DNA of 64,000 nt from Octopus sinensis (lineage: Eukaryota). The stretch lies in NCBI RefSeq assembly GCF_006345805.1, contig NC_043014.1:29388001-29452000 (forward strand), given 5' to 3'. The notes beneath the pieces are model-generated. The model did not search any database and was not told the origin of the DNA. It was given only the letters and a program-made list of their open reading frames with translations. Positions 1-13,004 of this stretch are shown piece by piece. The first letter of the stretch is position 1. Each line of letters begins with the position of its first letter. The position numbers and the translations under genes are program-made.

Positions 1-642
1 AAGATTACAAATCTACCGTCCATGGTGTCTGACGTGATAGGGAAGGCTCTAATTCGTGACTCACTGACCGAACACAGTCAAATCGCATGATGTTTACTAA
101 TTAACTGCATGTTTATTACTGAAAAGATGGCGTCTTTGGTATAGAATGGTAATAGTTGTTGTAGCTGTGGAAGAGATGGAGGAGAAAGTGGGTGGCGTTG
201 GTGTATGTTCTAGGTGATGGTGGTGGCGTAGGCGGTTATGGTGTGGGTAGTGTTTTCTTAGTAGCGCTACTTTGCGTTAGCATTAGTTGATGGTGGTTGG
301 CGATAGTGGCCCGAAAGGGCAATTGTTTTAGCAAAAACAAAAGCTAAATTCGCTGAAGCGAATGAGAGTAGTTTCGTACTGTTGGGTTCAGTTTGAACCC
401 TTCTTCCAACTACAAGCGCGCACGCACGCACACTTTTCTTTCTTGTGTTTGTTATGTGTGTGAAAGATAACTTAAAATTATAACGTTTTCTGCTCTAATA
501 TACCAACAATACTGTAACCCTCATTTAGAAGAGATGTTTGCATGCATAAATACACACACACACACACCACACACACACACACACACAATCTCTCTCTCTC
601 TCTCTCTGTCACGTGCATATATACACACACACGCACATTACA

Positions 643-1092
643 GGCGCAGGAGTGGTTACGTGGTAAGAAGTTTGCTTCCCAACCAAATGGTTTCTGGTTC
701 AGTCCCTCTGCGTGGTACCTAGAGCAAATATCTTTTACTATAGCCTTAGGCCGACAAAACCTTGTGAGAGGATTTGGCAGACGGAAACTGGACGAAGTCC
801 GTTGTATATATGTGTGTGTCTGTGTGTGCTCTCTGTGTGTGTGCGTCTCAGTGTGTGTGTGTATGTCGTTGTGTCTGTGTTTGTACCCATCACCATTTGA
901 CGACCAGTGTTGCTTTGTTTACGTCCCTGTGACTTACCGGTTCGGCAAAAGATACCGATAGAATAAGGACTAAGCAACAAATAAATAAAAACTGGAAATA
1001 AGTATTGAAGTCGATTAGTTCGGCTAAAATTTCGCATGACAGTGCCCCAGCATGGTCGCAGTCTAATGACTGAAACAAGTAAAAGATAAAAG
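643..1092 (+). mobile_element. tRNA-derived SINE, family A (CORE-like central domain, internal (TG)n microsatellite)
   Basis: Head GGCGCAGGAGTGG...GGTTCAGTCCC (A/B-box-like), internal TG/TA microsatellite and tail ...GACTGAAACAAGTAAAAG. The same layout recurs more than 10 times in the window; better copies carry the CORE-like CCTTGGGCAAGT. Confidence 0.85.
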
Positions 1093-1204
1093 CGAAAAAT
1101 ACCTTACAAGATAAATTCTTGATTTATTGAAAGTATCTTGACTTTGAGAGGATGTTAATAGACAACTATTGACAATTGCAACCAACATATATTTTAATTA
1201 ATAC

Positions 1205-2854
1205 ACAATTGCAAGGTATCCAACCAATTTGAATGATTCCGTAGAGGCAAGGTAGAAGTCTTGGCGGTTGGTAGTCAAGCAGAAGGAGAACTACGCACTC
1301 GGATATTGTCTTCACCTCTACCAAGAAGTCCAGCTGCCGACAGTTGCTGAGAGCAGAGTATAGCAAAAAGAAGTGACATGCACTAACTACAAATACTGCT
1401 AACATGATAGTACTGCACTGACGCTTCATATACACCCTGTGTTCTTACTACATAACTTACTTAGTTTTTTGGTACGAAATAACCTCTTGGTTAGATTGAT
1501 ATGCTATGGGCGCTGTCCTTGCGTTGCCTTGTGGATTGAAAACTTATTCTAAGATTTCCCCGCCACAACGTACGCAACTGAAGCGTTCTTTCTGATTCCT
1601 ACTCCATCAACTCTGCAATGTCCAAGATTTGGTTGTACCGTCCGTTCCCAACCTTCTGTACATTAACAACCTTTTTGCTGTCGTCTCAACGCTTTACTTC
1701 TATGTAAATGAAACCACTGTTCACTCCACCTTTGTACACATACTTCGTCCACTTAAAAATCTCATATAGACTCTACACAGGTTCCATGAAAATAGACCTT
1801 GAAAACATTATCCTGTAGTGATATGACTACTTTGTTTCCTGCAAAAGCACAAAGGGAAGAACAATCTCGACCTCAACCTCTCTAGTTTTCAAACACGCTT
1901 TTAAAACCCTCACAGAAGATGCAAGGCTTCACCATGACTGATGATCACTTGTGTATATTCATCACTTCTTAAAATCTACGTCGCAAAGACTCTTCAGATC
2001 CCGATTATACTTCAAATTAAAACAGTTGTACTTCGACAAACCTCCGGTCGTGGTAGTTTGGAGATGATTGAGTTACACTATGTAGACTTTTTTCAATAAC
2101 ACAACTAATCTTAGCAGAACTATAAAAACCTCGGGCATTTTTCTTTTTAGGCTTCCTTAATGAATCACAGCTTTTATCTGTGTTATCAAACACTTAAAGT
2201 GACTGAAATATACCAAGTTTCAGTGAAGAAATGTTAGATGTATCTTTAGCTAGTTCCAACTATCTTTGGTCCACCATAACAAAATTTTCTATAGATAGTT
2301 TATCATTGTTAGTTAAACTTTACAAGGTTTTTTAAAAACTGCAGCTCAACTCCTCGTGGCCATATTTTATCCGTTTAAACAAGAGCCCTTTCCACCCTTT
2401 ACTCCGAAACTCATGGTTAACGTATGACTCAGAGCCAGGCTCGAGCAACACCTACGGTTTTTGTTTGAGGATGAGCTTCTCCAAAATTGGTTGCATCTAC
2501 TTTTGCTATTAATCCATATCTGAGAAAGTTGTTTAGTAATTCTAGATCAATATCTACACACTGGTGAGCCTGCGAGCCCTAATTTTTTTCAGGAACCCAC
2601 TGCTGCTTTGACATCTACAATTGCAAGGTACCCAACCAATTTGAATGATCCCGCAGAGGCAAGGTAGAATTCTTGGCGGTTGGTAGTGAAGCAGAAGGAG
2701 AACTACGCACTCGGATCTTGTCTTCACCTCTACCAAGAAGTCCAGCTGCTGACAGTTGCTGAAAGCAGAGTATAGCAAAAAGAAGGGACATGCACTAACT
2801 ACAAATACTGCTAACATGATAGTACTGCACTGACGCTTCATATACACCCTGTGT
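1205..2854. repeat. 238-bp direct repeat pair (1205-1442 and 2617-2854) in a decayed coding-like region
   Basis: Copies are offset by 1412 bp, with about 9 substitutions and no indels by manual alignment. The ORF track shows near-identical minus-strand peptides. Confidence 0.9.
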
Positions 2855-3576
2855 ACAAACACACCGGCACAACTTAAAAGAACGACTCGGGTGAACGCTG
2901 TAGGTGCAACGTTAATCATAATATTTTGCCCATCTAGATTAAGTACGTTATCAGTGATTTTAAGTGATTGTTTTTCACCTACAGCCGATTTTGATTCACG
3001 ATATGCGTACTAGTTGCCCAATAGGGAGCAATCAGCTGTCTAACTTTTAATATCCATCTCTCGGTGAAACACTTTTGATGCTGTAAATATTGTTGTTGAC
3101 TTTGTTGTTGCTGTGGTTGTTGTGAAACCCAGAAATGCAGGACAAGCAGACCTGGAAGAGAAACCCTCTGTATACCATCAATGTATAGATATGTTTCCAA
3201 CACACTTGGGGAAGAGGATTATATTAACATGACATGTAAACCTTTTGGAAACATAATTGTTACCTCATTTTACAGCTTTAAAATTTTGCTTTTGCAATTC
3301 ACGTGCGGAAGATAGCTGCGAAATTACTAACGGACAAAAGAAACGACGAATCCTACCATTTAAACTCCCAAGATACAATAGAGAATGTCGATGATGTCAC
3401 ATATCTGAGGAAGATATGAAAAAAACTGATCACCAGCCGCCCAAAAATACCATTTAAAATGTCATAATTCTACTTCTAATTGCAACATGACGCGGCTAAA
3501 ACAGTATACAGTCGCACCCTTAGATGAGAAAATATAGACAATGCTTCTGTTCCTGAATAATTACATATGAACACAC

Positions 3577-4016
3577 GTGAAGGTGCGTGGAGATGTTAAG
3601 GTCGCGAGTTCAATTTCTGGCGACGCATTGTATTCTTGAGCAAGACACTTTATTTCACGATGTTTCAGTTTACTCAGCTGATAAACAAAAGATTATTAAT
3701 ACCTGTATTTCAAAAGGCCAACCTTGTCACAGTCTGCGTCACACTGAATCTCTCTGAGAACTACTTTAAATCCTTATTTTGACCTTAGAAACACATACAC
3801 ATACATGTACACAAACACGCATGCGCACACAGAGCATCAGTCCCCCCCCCCAATTTTTTTAAACAATAGGCGTGTTTTTGTGGTAAGATGTTTGCTTCCC
3901 AGTCACGTGGTTCAGGGTTCAGGGTTCAGTCTCATTGTGTGGTATCTGAGTCTGTGGAGTACTCAGTGACTTGCACGTTAATTTCTGGAGCAGGCTGTTC
4001 CGTTGATCAGATCAAA
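3577..4016 (+). mobile_element. Degenerate tRNA-derived SINE of a further family, interrupted by a family A head fragment
   Basis: B-box-like GAGTTCAATTTC, CTTGAGCAAGACACT and a tail CACGTTAATTTC...GCAGGCTGTTCCGTTGATC. A family A-like head is inserted at ~3868-3948. Confidence 0.55.
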
Positions 4017-4139
4017 ATATCAACACAAGAAATATTGGTGGAACACTTCTACCAAGTGCATAAATACTTCTACTAAGTGCAAACATAACAACCCTGATTT
4101 AATTATTAGTAATTAGATGTGAAAGGAAAAAAAGCCATG

Positions 4140-4400
4140 TTGAGTCTAAAACTCTATATGCCAGCGGACCTACAGATGTGAACATTTATGGATAACTGGA
4201 ATAAAGACAGCAGATTCTTTCTCTAATCATAATTTAACAGCCATATCAATAATTATTCGTGCAATTCATTATGATGGTAAACGTTTAAGGGACAATCTCG
4301 AAAAGCTGGGGTTTTCAGGCAAAGAAATTGACCAGCTAACATGCAAATTACAATTGTAATATACAAGCGAAACTGTAGAAATACACTAGAAAATATGCTA
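4140..4400 (+). mobile_element. 3' remnant of a restriction-like-endonuclease (R4/Dong/NeSL-type) LINE
   Basis: The plus strand reads KRLRDNLEKLGFSGKEIDQLTCKLQL*YTSETVEI, resembling the C-terminus of RLE-clade ORFs from memory of the family. The remnant is short and interrupted. Confidence 0.35.
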
Positions 4401-5742
4401 CAGCTCAACTTGTAAAACTTATTGTTGTTTCTATCCAGACTCCAGCTATGAAACTTTTTTCTTTGTTGGAGAGCATCTCCATCCTTCTGGATAGAATTCT
4501 AGTAAAAAAAATAAAGGTATACGTGTGTGTGTGTCTATCAGGGAGGTGCCGCCTAGGTAGGCAAGGTAGTCAGTGCCTACCTTGAATAAAATAGATCGAT
4601 AGCAACATTTTCCACTCATGGCAAAATATGCACCTAATTCAGTAAAATTATGACGGTTAGTCTGATTACTATGCATAAAAATCAAAATATTTTATTTTTT
4701 ATTTTTTGTAGATTAGGTAGGCATAATTCGCCCCTGCTTTCCAATTTCAGTATTTAAGGTACTGTAGTACATATGCTGTGTACACTCCTACAACACCGTT
4801 TTCTTTACGTGCTATAAAGGCAGAAGTAAATCTGCCTTCAACTCAGTCGTGCGTCTGTGTTTCGCATATTTTTTTGTGTTTTACTACAGAAAGGTCACCA
4901 ACTGCCTATCCTGAGTAATTACTGACGGCACGTGCCTAATATATATTGTTGCTATTATGCAAAAATGTAAGTCCAAAACGTTTCTTTTTCAGAAAACGAA
5001 AAAAAATAGTTTCACCATTGCATAGCAAACCCATTGTACTGCACTTTGACAATTTTTCATATCTTGGCATCTGAAGCAACTGGAGACACCCATAAAAAAC
5101 TTATCCTATGTTTGTGTGTATGTGTGTGTACGTATCAATGTATGTATGTGTTTACATACATAACCCTGAAGTAAAAGAAAACGCAAAAATACACACACAC
5201 ACAGGCACACTCATTTGTGTGCTTGTGTGCATGAATTTTACAATCCATGCTGCCAATCTCCGATATTTGTTTTCTGTTAATAAGAATTCTGTTGAATATT
5301 TCAAATAACAGTTTCAATATAAACTTACCAATTCTTACACATAATTACTGGTATCTGGGATGACGAATTTGTCTTGAAATATTAAGAGATCATTTTAATC
5401 ACATTTTTAAAATGTTTCTTAAGACATCCTGGAGCGTAGGGATTAATTATTTCTATGTAGAAATAGATTTCTAGCCTTCATCTAAATTCCATATTAATTA
5501 ATTAATTAATTAATCATTTTAAATCACCATTTTTACTTATTTTGATAATTTCCTTTATTATTTTTATAGGAAAAAACATTATAATAATTAATAATGATTC
5601 CGTGGGAATTAATTAATTCTATGTAAAATTTATATTTCATCGTAGCTGAAGATCGATTTATAGTCCGTAGTTCTAACGTTACATTTGTGTCATACATCGT
5701 GTCATTTCGCTCCAGGCTTTAGTTGTGCATTCTATCATTTTT

Positions 5743-6160
5743 AACCTTTTACTTGTTACAGTCATTTGACAGTCGCCAAGCTGGGGCATCGCCTTGAAGG
5801 GATTTTGTCGAACAAATTGACCCCAGGACTTATTGTTTTTTAAAGCCTAGAAATCTTTTACTGAACCGCTTAGTTATTGGGATGTAAGCACAAAAACACC
5901 GGTCGTCAAACAGTGGCGGGGGATAAACAGAGACACAAAGACACACATATGTGTGTGTATTTATTTACATATGTATTGTGTATGTATATATATATATGCA
6001 TCCAGGACGGGCTTCTTTCAGTTTCCGTCAACCAAATCCAGTCACACGCTTTGATCGGTCCGAGGCTATGGCAGAAGACACTTGACTCAGGTACCACACA
6101 GTGCGACTGAACCCTGAACCACGTGACTGGGAAGCAAACATCTTACCACAAAAACACGCT
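5743..6160 (-). mobile_element. SINE family A, diverged
   Basis: Reverse complement of the family A head, central domain and tail. Confidence 0.8.
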
Positions 6161-7029
6161 TATTCTTTAAAACAATTGGGGGGTGGGGGTGGAACTGATG
6201 CTCTGTGTGCGCATGTGTATTTGTGTACATGTATATGTGTGTGTTTCTAAGGTGAAAATATGATGCCATCATATTCAAAATAAGTAACATCAAGGTGTCA
6301 ACGGCCACAAACAGCTACTAATGAATATAAATATATACTCATTAAAATAAACTTGATATAACCTTTAATGTAGATTTAAAGAAGATTTCTAAAAACTTCC
6401 TTACATTATCCAAAGAATTAGCTTCTCTCCATATTTGCAGCGAGTAAATCAGCGATTACCATTCCTTTTGCACGTTTTCTGGTGTCCAACTGGGCTCTAC
6501 CTTATCTGCCATCAACCCCTTCTGCATTATTTGTCTTTTCTCCAAGATAAATATATTCTAAACTTTACGAATAAAAATTATGTGAGCAATTTTCTTGTAT
6601 ATCTCGCTCCAGTCTGAATGGCGCCAGAGATATGGCTTCAAGTGGAACTGCCCTCTGTTTGGGTGCCCAGTTCGCCGTTTAACGCCAATAGGAGCCTGAT
6701 TTTATTTTGTCCTTCTTGAGGCATATATGCCGAAAAATCTGGTATGAATTACACCGGGAAACAACGTACCCGAACTAATGAAAATTGGTATGTTAATAAG
6801 TCAAGAAATTATTGGTTGTCTTTTGCAATACGGCTAAAATTTTATTTGAAAACATTCGAAACGCAATATACAGCCTTTTCAGATGTATTTTTTTAATGAA
6901 TAAATTAATTACATCAACTAGAAGAAAACGTTTTCTTCAGGTGAATTAAAATTAAAATCCCAAATCTAATATTTACAATTGTTCACACAATAAATATAGA
7001 ATGTATTTTGACTCTCTCATCATATATTT

Positions 7030-7036
7030 TATATAT

Positions 7037-7098
<62 letters not shown>

Positions 7099-7218
7099 GT
7101 ATGTATGTATGTATGTATGTATGTATGTATGTATTATGTATGTATGTATGTATGTATATGTATATATATATATATATGTATGTATGTATGTATATGTATA
7201 TATATATATATATATATG

Positions 7219-7275
<57 letters not shown>
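7030..7275. repeat. Compound (TA)n/(TATG)n microsatellite
   Basis: Directly visible. Confidence 0.98.
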
Positions 7276-7697
7276 CTTACTTGGGAAGTCCATTCTCAAC
7301 ACCTAGACCTTTCAACACATACCATCACTCCACTCGGATTACCACTGGATGTTCATACTCTTTTGGACTCTACTTTCACGGATCTCACTGGCTATTTTCG
7401 TTGATGTAAATCGCTCTAATATACCACGACTTTTGAACATTCTGAATTTTTTTATCTTTTAAACTCCGCACGTTAATACTTTGCTATTCTCTCTCCTTTT
7501 AAACCTTTTCTTCCTTTTTTACTCAACACGTTTTTTTTCACTCTCTCTCTATTCATTTCCACTTATTCCTTTCTGTCGAAAAGCGGCGTAGGCTCGAAAC
7601 GTTAAAAACCTTTCCATTTTTCCCGACCGTCAAACTAATACACTTGCTTGTTGTACCTACCTGTCTTCGTACATGTTTTTCTATAAATTTGAACTAT
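7276..7697 (+). mobile_element. PLE-type 3' fragment with a decayed hammerhead motif (subfamily U6) at ~7568-7606
   Basis: CTGTCGA-AAAGCGGCGTAGGCTC-GAAA-CGTT-AAA, then the shared tail ...CAAACTAATACACTTGC...CTGTCTTCGT...AAATTTGAAC ending in (TA)n. Confidence 0.7.
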
Positions 7698-7703
7698 ATA
7701 TAT

Positions 7704-7735
<32 letters not shown>

Positions 7736-9072
7736 ATATATATATATATATATAAGAGATAGATAGAGAAAGAGAGAGAGAGAGAGAGGGAGAGAGAGAG
7801 AGAGGGAGAGAGAGAGAGAGGGAGAGGGAAATAAAGAAAGTGTAATTCACGAGACTCCATCTTTACCGATCGTAGTGAATTAAGTCTCGCGGATTCCATT
7901 TTGTTCCTCTAATATTTTTATAAACTCTGCGGACACAAAGGAATTTCTGAAGTAAATCCGATGGCACATACTACTGAGGACATTAAGTGGTCGAATACAG
8001 AGAGTGGGCTTTAAGCGATATAGGACAAGAGGGAGAGAGTGAGAGAGAGAGAGAGACTGACACACAGACAGACAGGTAGAGAAGGAACAGTCATCCTATG
8101 ACCACCAAACTTACACGCAATCCATACATGCCAGTCATTTGTCATCGGCATCATCAACATTATCCACATCGACCATCGAGTATATACATATATATTCATC
8201 ACGTACTGTGTTCCTAATCCATTTAATCACAGTCAAAAATATTCTCTAATGCCAATATATGACGATATAGATTTAAAAAGTATGGATGACCATACATACA
8301 AAAAACTGTACATACAACGAATTTGGAAAATCTTTTGAATTAACATAAGCATTTATTTACATAAAAGAAATAACATAACAAGTGTTGTGCTGAAAATAAC
8401 AGCTAAATAAAATATTTTGGATAAATCTTTTGAATTAACATAAACATGAAAACAAAACGACTGCTTCTAAATTCCCATTTCCTGACTGGGTCACCGCGCA
8501 GGTGGACAGTCGAAGTAAATAAATAGACAAAATCGTTTCACATTTATAAAAAGATTAAAAAAGTATGGTAGACCCTACATACAAAAAAATATGTCCATTT
8601 ACGTTCATTTACGCGGGAGTTCTGGACAAAATGTTATAGTGCATGACCGTCCTTGGGACATAAGTAATGTGTGTGTAAAATTTGGAGGAAATCGAGTGAG
8701 AATTGGGGAAATGTATGCGTTAGTCATTATACACACACATATTACGATTTATATATATATACTAGATGAGTAGCTAACCATAATGTAATAACTGTTAATG
8801 TGTCTATGAAATGTTTGGATTCTTCAGAAACGCTAATTAGATCATCGTTGCCCCTAAAAAAAGAAAAACGTAATGGCCGTCGATGCTCTGAATAGTGGTG
8901 AGTTTCTATGTTTAATGATTGGGAAACATTAAACATAGTGAAACCAACGAATTTCCCAGAGAGATTCATCTTTTTCACAAAACAGGACTAAAAATTTGAG
9001 TCTACTCTTATGTTTAGGAACTATTATTTGAAAAGATCTTAAGCTTGCAATTTGTTCCGCGACAAACGTATG

Positions 9073-9178
9073 TTTTGTTCAACAAGCGAACAATTGTAAT
9101 GCCAGTGTGCCCAAAAGATCTTAGGCAGCTGATCTTTTGGGTACACTTATATTATGCTTGGTCACTGGTTGCACACAA
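9073..9178 (+). other. Long ungapped fold-back hairpin (pri-miRNA-like or decayed inverted repeat)
   Basis: 9104-9120 pairs with 9131-9147 (17 bp, one G-U) around a 10-nt loop. Pairing continues in register to 9073/9178, about 48 positions with about 9 mismatches. Confidence 0.6.
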
Positions 9179-9279
9179 GCACAGAGCTGAGAGGGAACAA
9201 CGCCAGAAGCTTCTCCTGAACTTACGAGGAAACATAGAAACAGCAGCCGAAACTCGATTCTCGTGGTCGATTAACTTTA

Positions 9280-9663
9280 GGAGCAGGAGCGGCTATGGGG
9301 TAAGTAGCTTGCTTACAAACCACATGGTTCCGGGTTCAGTCCCACTGTGTGACACCTTGGGCAAGTGTCTTCCACTATAGCCTCGGGCCGACCAAAGCCT
9401 TGTGAGTAGATTTGGTAGATGAAAACTGAAAGAAGCCCTTTGTATAGATGTGTGTGTGTGTTTGTGTTTCGGTATTCCCCCTCCACCATCACGTGACAAC
9501 CGATGTTGGTGTGTTTACGTCCTTAGCGGTTCGGAAGAAGAGACCGATAGAATAAGTACCAGGCTTACAAGCAATAAGTCCTGGTGTCGATTTGTTCCAC
9601 TAAAGACAGTGCTCCAACATGGCCGCAGTGAAGTGACTGAAACAGATAAAATAATAAAAGAAT
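9280..9663 (+). mobile_element. SINE family A
   Basis: Head, CCTTGGGCAAGTG, internal (TG)n and tail are all present. Confidence 0.9.
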
Positions 9664-9745
9664 AAATGTATAATTGATAAGTTACTGCTAATAAAAGAAA
9701 GAATAGCATTAAAAGGCGGAATAGTCATTTCGGGAACATTATTTG

Positions 9746-9792
9746 TCATAGTTTTGCTATCTCAAGGGTGACTTGAGATAGCAAAACTATGA
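9746..9792. repeat. Perfect 21-bp inverted repeat with a 5-nt loop
   Basis: TCATAGTTTTGCTATCTCAAG-GGTGA-CTTGAGATAGCAAAACTATGA. Confidence 0.95.
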
Positions 9793-10371
9793 TAGCAGAA
9801 ACTCAGACGAAACGTTTACTAAAGAAATATATTGGAGTTCGTGTATTACGTCATGTATTCCAATACATTATTCTCCTAACCACCATGCTGCTTCGATAGC
9901 ACCTAATATATAATTACATGTTAGTCTACTTGTTAAGTAGGACTTCAGTGTCTTTGTTTCAAGATCAGGGGAAGGAAACGAACTAGACTGTTGAAGCCAA
10001 CAGCAATGCCCGTTTTATTAAGAAAGACTGAATAAAAAAAAAAATGTTTTGTGAAGTTATGTAATTTCGAATACGTTGACATTGCAGGAATTTACCGTCC
10101 TTAGAGAGAACTGGCTCTTTTGGTAATAGCAAATCTGACATTTTGCTAGAACAGTACGCCCATGAAAAGAAAATGCCGTTTTATAATAGGTGTATAGATA
10201 GATACAGACGCAAGCAGGAAGACAGAGAAGGAAAGAGAGAAAAACAGACAGAGAAAGAAAGAGCAGAGCACACTGACATACAGAGAAAGGCAGAAATAGA
10301 GATGAGGTGAGATATATCTAATTATATATATATATACACACACATATATATATGGCTATATGTATATAAAT

Positions 10372-10439
<68 letters not shown>

Positions 10440-10442
<3 letters not shown>

Positions 10443-10797
10443 CATGCATACATACATGTATATATATATATATATATGTACATATATATATGTATATATA
10501 TATATGCGTATACATATATACATAACGAAAAGAAAAAGAAAAGTATAAAACTGTGGAAATTGTTCAAATTGTCCGGATAATATTTCAACGTCTGGTCATT
10601 TTCGCTGATCTTTACTAGATATCAGCAGGTGTCACGTAAATTATCTACACATCATCACTGCCTGAAAGGGTTTGCACAAATTACGCTGAAATATCAAGAG
10701 CACACATAAGTACTTACATGTGTACACACACATACACACATCACGCACGCATATATATATATATACACATACACACACACACATATACACGTAAATA

Positions 10798-10843
<46 letters not shown>

Positions 10844-10984
10844 CATACATGCATACATACATGTATATATATATATATGTACATATATATATGTATATAT
10901 ATATATGCGTATACATATATACATAACGAAAAGAAAAAGAATAGTATAAAACTGTGGAAATTGTTCAAATTGTCCGGATAATAT
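10440..10984. repeat. ~145-bp direct duplication (10440-10584 and ~10845-10984)
   Basis: An identical microsatellite pattern plus CATAACGAAAAG...TGTCCGGATAATAT occurs twice, 401 bp apart, with one substitution. Confidence 0.85.
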
Positions 10985-11021
10985 ATACTGAACTTCTGTA
11001 AAGTTCAGTATATATATTGTA

Positions 11022-12642
11022 CTATTTTTTCGGTATGCGGTCAAGCAACCTGTTGCCTGTCCCTTTTTCTTATATACAATATATATACTGAACTTTACAG
11101 AAGTTCCTGCCGGTAATCGGCTATATTTACATACCGAATTCTACCAGTAAATAATTGTGGTTTTTTTAAAAACCTTTATAGAAATTATTTACTCTTATTA
11201 TTATATTACTAATTGGATTTTTCACTCCCTTACGACAACCCAATAGTTCCTACTCCTATGGAACTATTTTTGTAGTGCGCATGGCAAAATTTTGGAGGGA
11301 AGATTAACGAATTCAAACGTCTATGTAGGTTTAGCTTTTGCTCGCTTTCTTCAAATATTTTGATGTAGCATGGTCAGAAGGTTTGAGGTACGTAGCATTT
11401 GATAAATCTATGATAAATCTATTTCAATGGAAAGCTGTGCTGAAGAAGGATGTGAAATATATATGCAATGTATATGAAATATATATCAAAAATATATATG
11501 AAATATATATTCAATATGTTTATAATCCAGAAACATGATGTTCACAGATAACCACCAGACTTCGTTTTCGATATCTATTCCTTCTGTTTTGCATATGTGA
11601 ATTACAGGGTTTGTCGTGCCCGGAGTCCCACTTTGATAGAAATAAGCATTCTTGACTGCTATTTCTATTTTTTCGGTATGCGGTCAAGCAACCTGTTGCC
11701 TGTCCCTTTTTCTTATATACAATATATATACTGAACTTTACAGAAGTTCCTGCCGGTAATCGGCTATATTTACATACCGAATTCTACCAGTAAATAATTG
11801 TGGTTTTTTTAAAAACCTTTATAGAAATTATTTACTCTTATTATTATATTACTAATTGGATTTTTCACTCCCTTACGACAACCCAATAGTTCCTACTCCT
11901 ATGGAACTATTTTTGTAGTGCGCATGGCAAAATTTTGGAGGGAAGATTAACGAATTCAAACGTCTATGTAGGTTTAGCTTTTGCTCGCTTTCTTCAAATA
12001 TTTTGATGTCGCATGGTCAGAAGGTTTGAGGTACGTAGCATTTGATAAATCTATGATAAATCTATTTCAATGGAAAGCTGTGCTGAAGAAGGATGTGAAA
12101 TATATATGCAATGTATATGAAATATATATCAAAAATATATATGAAATATATATTCAATATGTTTATAATCCAGAAACATGATGTTCACAGATAACCACCA
12201 GACTTCGTTTTCGATATCTATTCCTTCTGTTTTGCATATGTGAATTACAGGGTTTGTCGTGCCCGGAGTCCCACTTTGATAGAAATAAGCATTCTTGACT
12301 GCTATTTCTATTTTTTCGGTATGCGGTCAAGCAACCTGTTGCCTGTCCCTTTTTCTTATATACAATATATATACTGAACTTTACAGAAGTTCCTGCCGGT
12401 AATCGGCTATATTTACATACCGAATTCTACCAGTAAATAATTGTGGTTTTTTTAAAAACCTTTATAGAAATTATTTACTCTTATTATTATATTACTAATT
12501 GGATTTTTCACTCCCTTACGACAACCCAATAGTTCCTACTCCTATGGAACTATTTTTGTAGTGCGCATGGCAAAATTTTGGAGGGAAGATTAACGAATTC
12601 AAACGTCTATGTAGGTTTAGCTTTTGCTCGCTTTCTTCAAAT
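11022..12642. repeat. 643-bp tandem repeat, about 2.5 copies, nearly identical
   Basis: Units restart at ~11027, ~11670 and ~12313 (TTTTTCGGTATGCGGTCAAGC). The duplicated 66-aa ORFs at 11338 and 11981 are 643 bp apart. The array ends in (TA)n. Confidence 0.95.
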
Positions 12643-12710
12643 ATATATATATATATATGTATGTATGTATACGCGTGTGCCCGCGCGTGTGTGTGAGTAT
12701 ACATATATAT

Positions 12711-12940
12711 ATTTCTTTACTGCCCAGAAGGGGTTGAACATAGAGGGGACAAACAAGAACAGACGAAGGGATTGAGTCGATTATATCGACCCCAGTGCGA
12801 AACTGGTACTTTATTTATCGACCCCGAGAGGAGGAAAGGCAAAGTTGACCTCGGCGGAATTTGAACTCACAACGTAACGACAGACGAAATACCGATAAGC
12901 ATTTCGCCCGGCGCGCTAACGTGTCTGCCAGCTCGCCGCC
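12711..12940 (-). mobile_element. tRNA-derived SINE, family B (Deu/Nin-like central domain), long-tail monomer
   Basis: Reverse complement of GGCGGCGAGCTGGCAG...GAGTTCAAATTCC...GCCTTTCCTCCTCTCGGGGTCGATAAAT...GGGCAGTAAAGAAAT. Confidence 0.9.
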
Positions 12941-13004
12941 TTTACATATATATGTATGCATGTGCTTTAGTGTATCTGCCTGTTATTAGTATCCTCATTA
13001 TCCT

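Noticed and set aside
1-140. Promoter (AAGATGGCG, TGACTCA, TGACGT motifs)
   Set aside because: These short motifs are expected by chance, and there is no downstream gene.
8220-8770. Helitron/Helentron-like ends (also 16840-16970)
   Set aside because: They have a suggestive layout of internal repeats, a microsatellite and a CTAG or hairpin end, but no paired termini could be defined.
11436-11467. Hammerhead-like CTGAAGA...GAAA-TATAT in the 643-bp unit
   Set aside because: There is no stem II, and stem I has only 4 bp with two G-U pairs, so chance is likely.
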